64,000 nt of DNA from Actinomycetota bacterium (GTDB lineage Bacteria; Actinomycetota; Acidimicrobiia; IMCC26256; JACDBD01): NCBI GenBank assembly GCA_052390575.1, contig JBQTGU010000015.1, forward strand, positions 60,634 to 124,633. Reading direction: 5' to 3'. The position numbers and the translations under genes were made by a program. This document shows, piece after piece, positions 1-8,175 of the stretch. Numbering within the stretch: the stretch's first letter is position 1; each line of letters starts with the position of its first letter. The notes below the pieces were generated by a model. It did no database searches and was not told the DNA's origin. It saw nothing but the letters and a program-made list of their open reading frames with translations.

Positions 1-1266
1 GGGGTCGCCCATCGAGCCCGACACGTCGATGACCAGCATCACCCGCGCCGCCTTGCGGGTCTCGCCCCACTTGTCGATCAGGCCGACCAGCACCTCGGGC
101 TCGGGGACTTCGAGCGTCGTCTGGGGCTCGTTCGGGTCGAGGCCGTTGCCCTTGTTGATGGGGTCGTCGATCGCCACCGACGGGTTGCCGGGACGGAAGC
201 CGAACTCGAGCACCCGCCGCTGGTTCTCGGGCTCGCGCACGAACGCGTCGAACTTGGCCGCCGCCTCCTTCTCCTTCGCGCTCACCCACTTCGAGTCCAG
301 GATGATGAACGGGTTGTCGGAGAAGAGCGTCCCCTCCTTCGGGTACACCGCGACCAGGGGAGTGCGGGGCTCCTTCGGCTTCTCGCCCGGGTCGAGGATC
401 CCGTCGGGGTTGCCCCGGTTGTAGTCGATGATCGACTTCTCCTCGATGGCCACCGCCGAGACGTAGGTCAGGGCGGTGCCGCGGGCGTCGGCGCGGTAGA
501 GGTTGTTCAGGAAGGTGTTGGTGATGTCGCCGTAGTGGACGACCGCCGACTCGACGCCCCGGGCGAAGTCGAGGACCTCGGGCCGGTTCAGGTCCTCCAG
601 CGTCAGGTCGGTCGTCTTGCCCGCGGCGGCGTAGTACTGCGCCACGGTGGCGTGGAGCGCGCTGGTGGAGAAGTTCGGGTTGGTCTTGCCGAGACGGAAC
701 GGTCCCCACTCGGGATGGCCGAACGCCCCCCAGCCCGCGGGATCGTTCGCCAGCCGCAGGATGTCGGCGAAGCCGACGGGGGTGTCGGGGTAGCCCAGGG
801 CGGTCGCCATCGGCTCGGGCATCGCGATCACCAGCGGCGTCAACATGAACGGCTTGCCCGCCGGCGCCACCGGGTCCTCGCCGGCGTCGGCCTTGCGCTG
901 GTTGACCACGGCACCCCACGCGCTCGACGCCGGCGACCAGATGACCGGCTGGGGCCCGTTGACGTCCGGGTCAGGCCAGTCGTCGGCGACGAGGTTGGCG
1001 CCTTCGCCCGACGACTTGCGCTGTACCCGCACGAAGATGCAGTCGCCGTCGACCTCCGCCTCGTCCGAGTCGTTGAACGTGTTGGCGAGGTCGGTGAGCA
1101 GGTCGAGCTTCTCGGGTGACACCGCCATGTCGACGGCGATGCAGTCGCCCGGGTCCTCGAGCCCGTCGCCGGCGTCATCGCCGTCGTCGACGCTCACCGT
1201 GCACGCGCCGGCGGCGAGCGCGAGAACGAGCGCGAGTCCCGCCCCTGCCCGGGTCGCGGGTCTCAT
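1..1266 (-). CDS. Lipoprotein with periplasmic-binding-protein-like domain fused to a von Willebrand factor A (vWA) domain; 5' part only, gene runs off the left edge
   Basis: Not in the ORF track because there is no stop inside the window. Reverse-strand translation from the ATG at 1266 reads MRPATRAGAGLALVLALAAGAC (lipobox) ...TPLVIAMPEP...GKTNPNFSTSAL... It reaches the edge at ...KAARVMLVIDVSGSMGDP, the DxSxS MIDAS start of a vWA domain. High GC3. ATGA overlap with the upstream gene stop (1263-1266). Confidence 0.8.
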   Translation of the reverse strand, partial: MRPATRAGAGLALVLALAAGACTVSVDDGDDAGDGLEDPGDCIAVDMAVSPEKLDLLTDLANTFNDSDEAEVDGDCIFVRVQRKSSGEGANLVADDWPDPDVNGPQPVIWSPASSAWGAVVNQRKADAGEDPVAPAGKPFMLTPLVIAMPEPMATALGYPDTPVGFADILRLANDPAGWGAFGHPEWGPFRLGKTNPNFSTSALHATVAQYYAAAGKTTDLTLEDLNRPEVLDFARGVESAVVHYGDITNTFLNNLYRADARGTALTYVSAVAIEEKSIIDYNRGNPDGILDPGEKPKEPRTPLVAVYPKEGTLFSDNPFIILDSKWVSAKEKEAAAKFDAFVREPENQRRVLEFGFRPGNPSVAIDDPINKGNGLDPNEPQTTLEVPEPEVLVGLIDKWGETRKAARVMLVIDVSGSMGDP

Positions 1267-2312
1267 CCGGTGGCCTGACCCCAGGAGTTCTGGAGCGCGA
1301 TGTATATGCCCGCGTCGGGGGGAAGGTTCGTTCCGGCCGGTAGTCGCACGCGCGTGCGCACGCCCTTCACCGGGTCCCGGCCTTCGACCCGCCACCCCGA
1401 TTCGGCCAGCTCGTCTCGGGCGCGCCCGCCGGCGGCGAGGTCGGCGATGTCGTCGTCGCGATCTTGGGTCACGGTCAGCGCGAGGACGACGTCGGCGGTG
1501 GCCACCGGCTCAGGGTAGAGCAGGGTGAATGCGTTCCGGCGGTCGGGCACAGCGTTCGCGAGCAGTGGTCCCGCCTCTGCCTCGGTCGCTCCCGCAGCGT
1601 CGTAGAGGGCCGTGGGGACCGCGCTGACCATCTCTTCGACCGGCGAGTCGGGGGCCGCGCCGGTGTCAGTGAGCCGTTCGAGCCACGCTACGAAGTCGTC
1701 CTGCTGCAGGTCGTTGAGCGCGTAGTCGATGCGGCCGAAGAACTCGCTCGCCGCCTGCGCGAGGAGCACGAGCCCGGTTGCGCTGGTCATCGGGTTGGGT
1801 TGCACCACCTTCACCCGGTTCCAGGTTGCGGGACCGTTGAGGTCTTCCCAGGCCTCACCGCCGACGTCTCCGAGGCACCGCCAGTCAATGGTCCCCGCAC
1901 ACGGGCCTTCCTCCAGCACCCGGGCCCGGTCCTGGAGCGCCACGATCACCAGCGGCGTGCGTGCCAATGGGGTCGTGGAATCCTCGAGCACCGGCGCCAG
2001 CTGGGCGCGAGCGCGGGTGTCGGCGACGATCGCCGGCCACGGGTCAGGCACGAGCCAGCCGTCGAGGCCCGGGTCGTCGACTTCGGAGTCGGGGAGCGCG
2101 CTCAGTCGTAACGCGGTGACTCCGGCGGGCTCGATGGTGACGTCGAGTCCCCCGACGGCGTCGTCGAGCTGGGTGCACGCCTCCTCGAGCTCGGTCGCGC
2201 ACACGAGCTGAGCGTCGCCGTCGGTGTTGCGGGCGTCATCGATGTTGTTCCGGATGACAACTGCCGCCACCACCATCGCGACCGCGGCAACGATCGCGCC
2301 GACGGTTTTCAC
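1263..2312 (-). CDS. Membrane-anchored protein with PBP-like extracytoplasmic domain, function unknown
   Basis: Track ORF of 349 aa with an N-terminal TM helix (VGAIVAAVAMVVAAVVI). The remainder resembles the N-terminal domain of the downstream vWA lipoprotein (TPLVIVAL vs TPLVIAMP; NPMTSATGL vs NPNFSTSAL). Stop overlaps the downstream ATG. Confidence 0.7.
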   Translation of the reverse strand: MKTVGAIVAAVAMVVAAVVIRNNIDDARNTDGDAQLVCATELEEACTQLDDAVGGLDVTIEPAGVTALRLSALPDSEVDDPGLDGWLVPDPWPAIVADTRARAQLAPVLEDSTTPLARTPLVIVALQDRARVLEEGPCAGTIDWRCLGDVGGEAWEDLNGPATWNRVKVVQPNPMTSATGLVLLAQAASEFFGRIDYALNDLQQDDFVAWLERLTDTGAAPDSPVEEMVSAVPTALYDAAGATEAEAGPLLANAVPDRRNAFTLLYPEPVATADVVLALTVTQDRDDDIADLAAGGRARDELAESGWRVEGRDPVKGVRTRVRLPAGTNLPPDAGIYIALQNSWGQATG

Positions 2313-2330
2313 GGACCGGGACCTCTCTCG

Positions 2331-3734
2331 CTAGGAGTCGGGGATGTCGGCGGCGACCAGCGTGCTGAGCTGCTCGTCGGTCGGCTTCTTCACGTCGACG
2401 ACCCGGCTGGCGTGGCGCGCGATCGCGGCCTCGAACAGGTTGCGGGCGAAGCGGCCGTTCCCGAACATGGGCCCGCGCGGCTCCGCCGCCAGGCGGGCCC
2501 GGAGCTTCTCGATCGCCGACGGGTCCGCCTTGTAGTTGTGGTCCTCGCCGAACGACTCGAAGATGCGGACCATCTCGTCGTCGGTGTAGTCGGGGAACAC
2601 GATCGTCTTGGGGAAGCGCGACCGGATCCCCGGGTTGGAGTCGAGGAACTTGTTCATCGGCTCGGGGTAGCCGGCGACGATGACCGCGAGGTCGTCGCGG
2701 TGGTCCTCCATCTGCTTGAGCAGTGTCGCAATGGCCTCGGCGCCGAAGTCCTGCTCGCCGCCCTGCGCCAGCGCGTACGCCTCGTCGATGAACAGGATGC
2801 CTCCGAGCGCGGTTCCGCAGATCTCGACGACCTTGGTCGCGGTCTGGCCCACGAACCCGGCCACCAACCCGGAGCGGTCGGTCTCCACCAGGTGGCCCTT
2901 CGAGACCACGTCGAGGGCGGCGTAGATCTCACCGAGGAGCCGGGCGACCGTGGTCTTGCCGGTGCCGGGGTTGCCCACGAAGACCAGGTGTGCCGACTGG
3001 TCGACCACCTTGAGCTTGCGGTCGCGGCGCATGTTCTGGACCCGGATGAGGTTGGTCAGCAACCGGACCTCGGTCTTCACCGCGTCGAGGCCGATGAGCT
3101 CGTCGAGCTCGTCGAGCAGCTCCTCGAGCGACTTCTTGGGCGGCGCCTCGGCTGCCTTGCCGACCTCGCCCGGGCCGGGCTCCTTGGCCATGCCCTCGGG
3201 GCGCTCGATGCCGGCGGCGCCGAGACGCCGCAGCATCATCGAGCGGAAGGTGTCGACCGCCAGCAGCTTCTCGCGGGTCGGTACGTCCTCGAGCGCGCAG
3301 GCAGCGTGGGCAACGCGCAGCGCGGCCTGGTAGTAGGTCCAGCCGTGGGTCGTTCCGGCGGCGGCGTCGGCGGCCACGATGGTCTCGAACATCGGCGAGG
3401 GCGTGATCGGCCACGCCCGGTGTTGGCGGATGGCGTCGCCGTCGCGGAGCTGCTGGGGCGTGGCGCTCGCCAGCGACTCGAACCACGGCGCCAGCGCGGC
3501 CGCGAACTCCCGCAGCTCGCCCTCGCCGTAGCGTCCGTCCCCGGCGATGACCGCCGCCGCGATCGCCTGGGCCTCGAGGGCGGCGTCGCGCTCGTGGTCA
3601 CCGGCACCGGCGGGCTTGGTGGCCGCCGCGCCCCGCTTGCCGTCGGCGCGCGACCGCAGGTCGCCGAGCACCGCGGTGAGGTCGGTGACGAACTGCTGGA
3701 CCGGTTCGGCGAGCAAGTTCGCCGCTTTAGGCAC
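2331..3734 (-). CDS. AAA+ ATPase of SpoVK/CbbX(CfxQ)/EccA type with a TerB-like N-terminal extension
   Basis: Track ORF of 467 aa with a GTG start. Walker A GNPGTGKTT, Walker B ILFIDEAY, GYPEPM...NPGIRSRF region typical of this AAA+ clade. The ~220-aa N-terminal region contains AIAAAVIAGDGRYGEGELREF, which I read as TerB-like (weak). Confidence 0.85.
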   Translation of the reverse strand: MPKAANLLAEPVQQFVTDLTAVLGDLRSRADGKRGAAATKPAGAGDHERDAALEAQAIAAAVIAGDGRYGEGELREFAAALAPWFESLASATPQQLRDGDAIRQHRAWPITPSPMFETIVAADAAAGTTHGWTYYQAALRVAHAACALEDVPTREKLLAVDTFRSMMLRRLGAAGIERPEGMAKEPGPGEVGKAAEAPPKKSLEELLDELDELIGLDAVKTEVRLLTNLIRVQNMRRDRKLKVVDQSAHLVFVGNPGTGKTTVARLLGEIYAALDVVSKGHLVETDRSGLVAGFVGQTATKVVEICGTALGGILFIDEAYALAQGGEQDFGAEAIATLLKQMEDHRDDLAVIVAGYPEPMNKFLDSNPGIRSRFPKTIVFPDYTDDEMVRIFESFGEDHNYKADPSAIEKLRARLAAEPRGPMFGNGRFARNLFEAAIARHASRVVDVKKPTDEQLSTLVAADIPDS

Positions 3735-4680
3735 CCGCCGGCACCTCCGGCAGCCCGGCCAGCCATGGTGTGACGAGCTCGAGGAAGCGGTCAGGCAGCT
3801 CGAGCTGGGGCGCGTGGCCGCAGTCGTCGATCACCTCAAGCGCGAACTCGGGGTGGCGGGCGGCCACCGCCCGCGCCGAGCTCACCGGTACGAGCCGGTC
3901 GAGCACGCCGTGCACGATGAGCGTCGGGCACTGCACCCGGGCGAAGTCGGCGGTCATGCCCCCCTGGAAGTAGAAGAACAGCGACCGGGCGGCGTCCGCG
4001 TACGCCCCCGGGACCTCCGGGAACGTGCTCCGTTCAGTGGCCAGCGCGATGAGTCGGTCGCGCAACGCCCCGTCGACGCGCTCGGGGTGGGCCACCGACC
4101 ACTCGAGCGTCGAATCGACCATCCCGGCCGGTCCCAGCCGCCGAGCGCGCATCCCGAGGAACCGCCCGCCGAGCTGCGGCACCATGAGCGGCGCCATCCG
4201 GGCGACGAGCTGCCACGGCGGGATCCGGGCGCCCCGCTGTGGGAGCGCGGGGTCGACGAGCACGAGGGCGCGCACCAGCTCGGGATGGCGGGCGGCGAGG
4301 CCGACGCCGATGGCGCCGCCCATCGAATTGCCGAAGACGGTGGCCGGCCCCAGCTGGTCGCGGAGCAGCATGGCGACGAGTCGACCGTTGCCGCCGACGG
4401 TGGCGCGTCGACCGTCGGCGAGGCGTGTCAGCCCGAAGCCGGGGAGATCGACCGCGGTCACAGTGGCATCGAGCGCGGTGGCGAGACGTCCCGCGACCGG
4501 CTCCCAGCTCAGGGTGCTCGCGCCGAGGCCGTGGACGAGCAGGATGCGCTGGTCTCGGTCGGGATCGCCCCATTCGACGGCATGGACGCGCACACCGTCG
4601 AGATCGATCCACCGTTCGGCGCCGGGTTGCACGAGGAGAGGATCGCGCACGGCCGGGCATGCCGCCTCCTCGCGGGGCAT
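3727..4680 (-). CDS. Alpha/beta hydrolase
   Basis: 3' 318 codons of track ORF 3727..5928, starting at the ATG at 4680 (MPREEAACPAV...). Motifs LLVHGLGAS, GNSMGG nucleophile elbow and DDCGHAPQ. The upstream part of the track ORF is Arg/Pro-rich junk. Stop overlaps the AAA+ GTG start by 8 nt. Confidence 0.85.
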   Translation of the reverse strand: MPREEAACPAVRDPLLVQPGAERWIDLDGVRVHAVEWGDPDRDQRILLVHGLGASTLSWEPVAGRLATALDATVTAVDLPGFGLTRLADGRRATVGGNGRLVAMLLRDQLGPATVFGNSMGGAIGVGLAARHPELVRALVLVDPALPQRGARIPPWQLVARMAPLMVPQLGGRFLGMRARRLGPAGMVDSTLEWSVAHPERVDGALRDRLIALATERSTFPEVPGAYADAARSLFFYFQGGMTADFARVQCPTLIVHGVLDRLVPVSSARAVAARHPEFALEVIDDCGHAPQLELPDRFLELVTPWLAGLPEVPAGA

Positions 4681-4701
4681 GCTGGGCCGGTGTCCGACCT
4701 C

Positions 4702-5520
4702 ATGACGTCCGACGGGGTGCGGCTCCACTATCAGGTGGACGGCCCCGACGACGCGCCCGTCGTCGTGCTGCTCCACGGGCTGGGCTCGGACGGGCAGGCC
4801 GACCAGCCCCTGGTCGACGCCATCGGCGACCGGCTCCGGGTGGTGCGCCTCGATCTGCGCGGCCACGGGCGGAGCGACCCGGTCACCGACCCGGCGCGCT
4901 ACGGCTGGTTCGACCGGGCTGCCGCCGATGTGCACGAGTTGCTCGACGCCCTGGGGCTGGAGACGGCCGCGCTCCAGGGGGGTTCGCTCGGAGCTGCGGT
5001 CGCACTCGCGACCGTGCTCGACCGCCCGGCGCGGGTTCGCGCCCTCGGCCTGTCGAGTCCCGCGATCGGTGCCGGCGCCGCGCTCGGCAATCCGGCCGCG
5101 ACCGGATTTGCCGAAGGTGTCGACCAGCTGGGGCTGGTCGGCATGCTCGACTCGCTGACCGCGGCCGGGCTGCTCGACCTCCCGGCGGAAGAGCTGGCGG
5201 CGGCGCGGGCGAACTACCTCCGCCAGGACGACGCCGCGATGCGGGCCTGCATCGCCGCGCTCACGCGGGCGCGCCTGGTCGACGACCTGGCCGAGCTCGC
5301 GGCCATTCGCTGCCCGACCCAGGTGGTGGCGCGCCGCGGGGACCCGCTGCACCCGTTCGAGATCGCCGAGGAGGTCGCGGCCCACATCGCGGGCGCACGC
5401 CTGGTGGAGGACGACGGCAACGTCCCGATGCACCTGCGACCGACCGCCGCCGCCGACCTCATCGCCGAGTTCCACACCCAGGCAGCGCGAAGAACTGCCA
5501 TCCGGGCGCGTTCGTCGTGA
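4702..5520 (+). CDS. Alpha/beta hydrolase (enol-lactonase-like)
   Basis: 3' part of track ORF 3547..5520, starting at the ATG at 4702 (MTSDGVRLHYQVDG...). Motifs VVLLHGLGSD, GGSLGA nucleophile elbow and C-terminal NVPMH. It is only 21 bp from the divergent hydrolase start. Confidence 0.85.
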   Translation: MTSDGVRLHYQVDGPDDAPVVVLLHGLGSDGQADQPLVDAIGDRLRVVRLDLRGHGRSDPVTDPARYGWFDRAAADVHELLDALGLETAALQGGSLGAAVALATVLDRPARVRALGLSSPAIGAGAALGNPAATGFAEGVDQLGLVGMLDSLTAAGLLDLPAEELAAARANYLRQDDAAMRACIAALTRARLVDDLAELAAIRCPTQVVARRGDPLHPFEIAEEVAAHIAGARLVEDDGNVPMHLRPTAAADLIAEFHTQAARRTAIRARSS

Positions 5521-5605
5521 ATTGCGCGGGAGCGGCGAGCGTCCCGAAGGGCGGCGGCAGGTACCCTGCCGCCGAGCGAGCGCGACCAGGACAGAGGTCC
5601 CCCGC

Positions 5606-5953
5606 GTGACGGTCGTGGGCCGGGGCACGAAGGTGTTCGAAGCCGCACCCGTCCGGGGCGCCTGGCGTCGCCTCGACACCCCCGACGACGTGCTCGGGTT
5701 GATGGACACGACCGCCGAGGGTGTCGTCGCCTGCGTGGCCGACGCCGGCGCGACCTTCCTGGCGCCGATCTTCGACGAGCTCACCGCGGTCGTCTGCCTG
5801 TCGGGGACACCGCTGAGCCATATCGGCATCGTGAGCCGCGAGTACCAGGTGCCCTGCCTGATGGCGACGGAGCTCGACGGCACCGCCCCGGCCGACGGCG
5901 ACGCGGTCGAGGTCGACTGCAGCGGCACCGACGGGATCGTGCGGCGCGTATGA
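5606..5953 (+). CDS. Stand-alone PEP-utilizing-enzyme mobile (phosphohistidine swivel) domain protein
   Basis: Track ORF 5522..5953. I prefer the GTG at 5606, with GAGG 8-11 nt upstream. GTPLSHIGIVSREYQVPCLM matches the swivel-domain phosphohistidine motif. No ATP-grasp/PPDK_N or PEP/pyruvate TIM domain is attached. Confidence 0.8.
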   Translation: MTVVGRGTKVFEAAPVRGAWRRLDTPDDVLGLMDTTAEGVVACVADAGATFLAPIFDELTAVVCLSGTPLSHIGIVSREYQVPCLMATELDGTAPADGDAVEVDCSGTDGIVRRV

Positions 5954-7098
5954 CGCGGTTAGGGGAGTGGGACCGCGACGAGACCAACCGCTGGATCCTC
6001 TACCACGGCAAGATCGCCCGGGCGATGACCGCCACCCGCACCGCACTGGAGTCGGCGCTGATCCCGGTGACCGCCTACATCCTCGTGTCCGGCGTCGAGT
6101 GCTATCGGCGTCACCCCGAGATGATGCGGGAGATCGCCGCCGCCCGGCCGCCCGAGGAGATCGGCGCCGCCGGCCGCCGCCCCGGCAACCAGGTCGACTC
6201 GGTGCATCTCTGGTCGATCGCCAACATCTACCTCGTCGGCCGCCAGGTGCTGGCCCCGTTCGGGATGGTCACGCCCGAGACCGATCTCGCCGGCACCGCC
6301 ACCGTCCTCGACTTCTGGAAGCGGGCCGCCGCCCCCTGGCGCGCCGACGGTCACCTCCAGGCCTGGGACGCCGGCAGCGTCGTGCGGCCCTACGACGACG
6401 CCGTCGTCGACGAGCTCGTCGCGGGCACCGCGCCATTGACCGACGACGCCACCCGAGGACGCATCCGCAAGCTGAACGCCGCCCTGACCTCCTACCTGTT
6501 CCTCCTCTATTTCGACACCCGCGCCGGCTACCAGGACACCGGCCCCTACGAGCTCGCCGACGGCCGAGTGCTGCTGGTCCGTGACTTCTCCGAGTTCGGG
6601 GTCGGCCACTTCCCGTGGAGCGCCGCCGTGGCCGCCGATCTCCCGTACTCGAACCTGACCGCGGCGTTCGTGCTTGATGGCGTGCGGCTGAAGGTCACCG
6701 ACTGGGGGACCTCGATCACGCAACCCGACGACTACCTCTCCCGCCTGCAGGCCTTCGGGCTGTTCACGCCGCACCCCGATGGCAAGCTCGAGCGCGTCCC
6801 GCTCGAGGGCATCGACGAGCTCACCGCCGCGGTGAAAGCGGCACAGCGACGGTGCTACCGGCTGATCGCGGGCATGGACCGCAACGAACGCATCGACGCC
6901 GGGGCCTACGTCTACTTCACGTTCCTGCGGCCGTTCGCCGAGGCCGCCGGCATCGCCGACCGCCTCGACTGGAAGGTGCCGCGCGACAGCCTCGACCTCT
7001 ACGACGGGATCGCCACCCTCGACAAGATGCCCGACGTCGAAGCCGACGACAGCATCCCGTACTACACGCCCATCCCCGAAACGGAGGCGTCGCGGTGA
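5950..7098 (+). CDS. Hypothetical protein (382 aa), translationally coupled to the swivel-domain gene
   Basis: Track ORF with an ATGA overlap with the upstream stop. Balanced amino-acid composition and high GC3. I recognise no motif. Confidence 0.7.
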   Translation: MTRLGEWDRDETNRWILYHGKIARAMTATRTALESALIPVTAYILVSGVECYRRHPEMMREIAAARPPEEIGAAGRRPGNQVDSVHLWSIANIYLVGRQVLAPFGMVTPETDLAGTATVLDFWKRAAAPWRADGHLQAWDAGSVVRPYDDAVVDELVAGTAPLTDDATRGRIRKLNAALTSYLFLLYFDTRAGYQDTGPYELADGRVLLVRDFSEFGVGHFPWSAAVAADLPYSNLTAAFVLDGVRLKVTDWGTSITQPDDYLSRLQAFGLFTPHPDGKLERVPLEGIDELTAAVKAAQRRCYRLIAGMDRNERIDAGAYVYFTFLRPFAEAAGIADRLDWKVPRDSLDLYDGIATLDKMPDVEADDSIPYYTPIPETEASR

Positions 7099-8021
7099 TC
7101 GTGAGCACACCCGCCGACGAGGGCCGCCACGAGCCCGACGACGGCCTCTACTTCAACGAGTCGTGGTACTTCGACTTCTCCCGCGACGACGGCACCGGCG
7201 GGTACGTGCGCCTAGGGCTCTACCCCGGCCAGCAGGTGGCCTGGTACTGGGCGTACCTGGTCACGCCCGAGCACGGCCTCGTCGTCGTGCGCGACCACGA
7301 GGTCCCGCTGCCCCGCGGCGACGCGCTCGAGATCCGGGCCGACAGCCTCTGGGCCGAATGCGTGTGCGAGACCCCGATGGAGCACTGGGGCCTCGGCCTC
7401 GAGGCCTTCGGCGTCCGCCTCGACGCGCCCGGCGACGCCTACCGGGGCGAGATCGGCGAACGCCTGCCCGTCGGCCTCGACCTCGAGTGGGAGGCGTACA
7501 CACCGGTGTTCGACTATCCGTACCCCGACGACCATCCCGGAGCCCACTACGAGCACGCCGGCGTCGTCCACGGCGAGCTGCTCATCGGGCGCGACCGGAT
7601 CCCATTCGAAGGCCGCGGGGAGCGTGACCACTCGTGGGGCGAGCGCGACTGGTGGCAGTGGGGCTGGCACTGGACGTCGTTCCAGATCGGGGACACATTC
7701 GCAGCAAATGTCGTGAAAGCCGATGAGTTGGACGTCGCCACTGGATACGTTTGGCGGCTGGGCGAGGAGCTGCAACCGGTGACCCAAATGCTGCTCGAGA
7801 CGCACCACGGCGACGACGACATCCCGACCGCGGCCCGCTACGTGATCGCCCACGACCTCGAGGTCGATGTCGAGGTGGTGGCGGCGGCGCCGGTTCCGTT
7901 GGTTGCTCCCGACGGTCGAACTTCTCGTTTCCCGCGTGCACTCTGCCGCTACACGACATCCGAGGGGACCGGCACCGGTTGGTGCGAATGGCTCCAGCCC
8001 GGGCGCCCAGTCAAGACCTAA
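7095..8021 (+). CDS. Hypothetical beta-rich protein (possibly CrtC/AttH-like fold)
   Basis: 3' 309 codons of track ORF 6852..8021, with a GTGA overlap with the upstream stop. Motifs NESWYFDF, GYVRLGLYP and RDHSWGERDWWQWGWHW. The fold assignment is a weak guess from memory. Confidence 0.65.
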   Translation: MIVSTPADEGRHEPDDGLYFNESWYFDFSRDDGTGGYVRLGLYPGQQVAWYWAYLVTPEHGLVVVRDHEVPLPRGDALEIRADSLWAECVCETPMEHWGLGLEAFGVRLDAPGDAYRGEIGERLPVGLDLEWEAYTPVFDYPYPDDHPGAHYEHAGVVHGELLIGRDRIPFEGRGERDHSWGERDWWQWGWHWTSFQIGDTFAANVVKADELDVATGYVWRLGEELQPVTQMLLETHHGDDDIPTAARYVIAHDLEVDVEVVAAAPVPLVAPDGRTSRFPRALCRYTTSEGTGTGWCEWLQPGRPVKT

Positions 8022-8089
8022 CCCCACTTGCCGGACGAGATTGAGCGGAAAGCCGAGGCGCGGCCCACGGCACGCGCGGCATGATCACC

Positions 8090-8175
8090 GTGCGGACGAG
8101 CGTTCCGCAGGGCGGGGCCGGGTATCCCGGCCCCGAGCGAGGGAGCTGTTTGGAGGCGTGTTCGAGGGGCGGCTG
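8090..8175 (+). repeat. MIRU/REP-like intergenic hairpin repeat, copy 1
   Basis: GTGCGGACGAGCGTTCCGCAGGGCGGGGCCGGGTATCCCGGCCCCGAGCGAGGGAGCTGTTTGGAGG. There is a 10-bp stem at 8113-8135 with a TAT loop. About 85-90% similar by eye to the copies at 49481, 49580 and (reverse complement) 19950. It ends at the ATG of the MOSC gene. Confidence 0.85.

Noticed and set aside
5522-5605. Upstream ATG (5522) as the start of the swivel-domain gene.
   Set aside because: The first 28 residues (MRGSGERPEGRRQVPCRRASATRTEVPR) are Arg-rich and begin 1 nt after the preceding stop. The GTG at 5606 has a GAGG SD and yields a domain-sized protein. It is kept as an alternative, not excluded with certainty.
3547-5928. 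Long composite track ORFs 3547..5520 (+) and 3727..5928 (-).
   Set aside because: Only the 3' portion of each encodes a recognisable alpha/beta hydrolase (starts at 4702 and 4680). The 5' portions are antisense to the other hydrolase and have junk composition, so the genes were trimmed rather than accepted whole.
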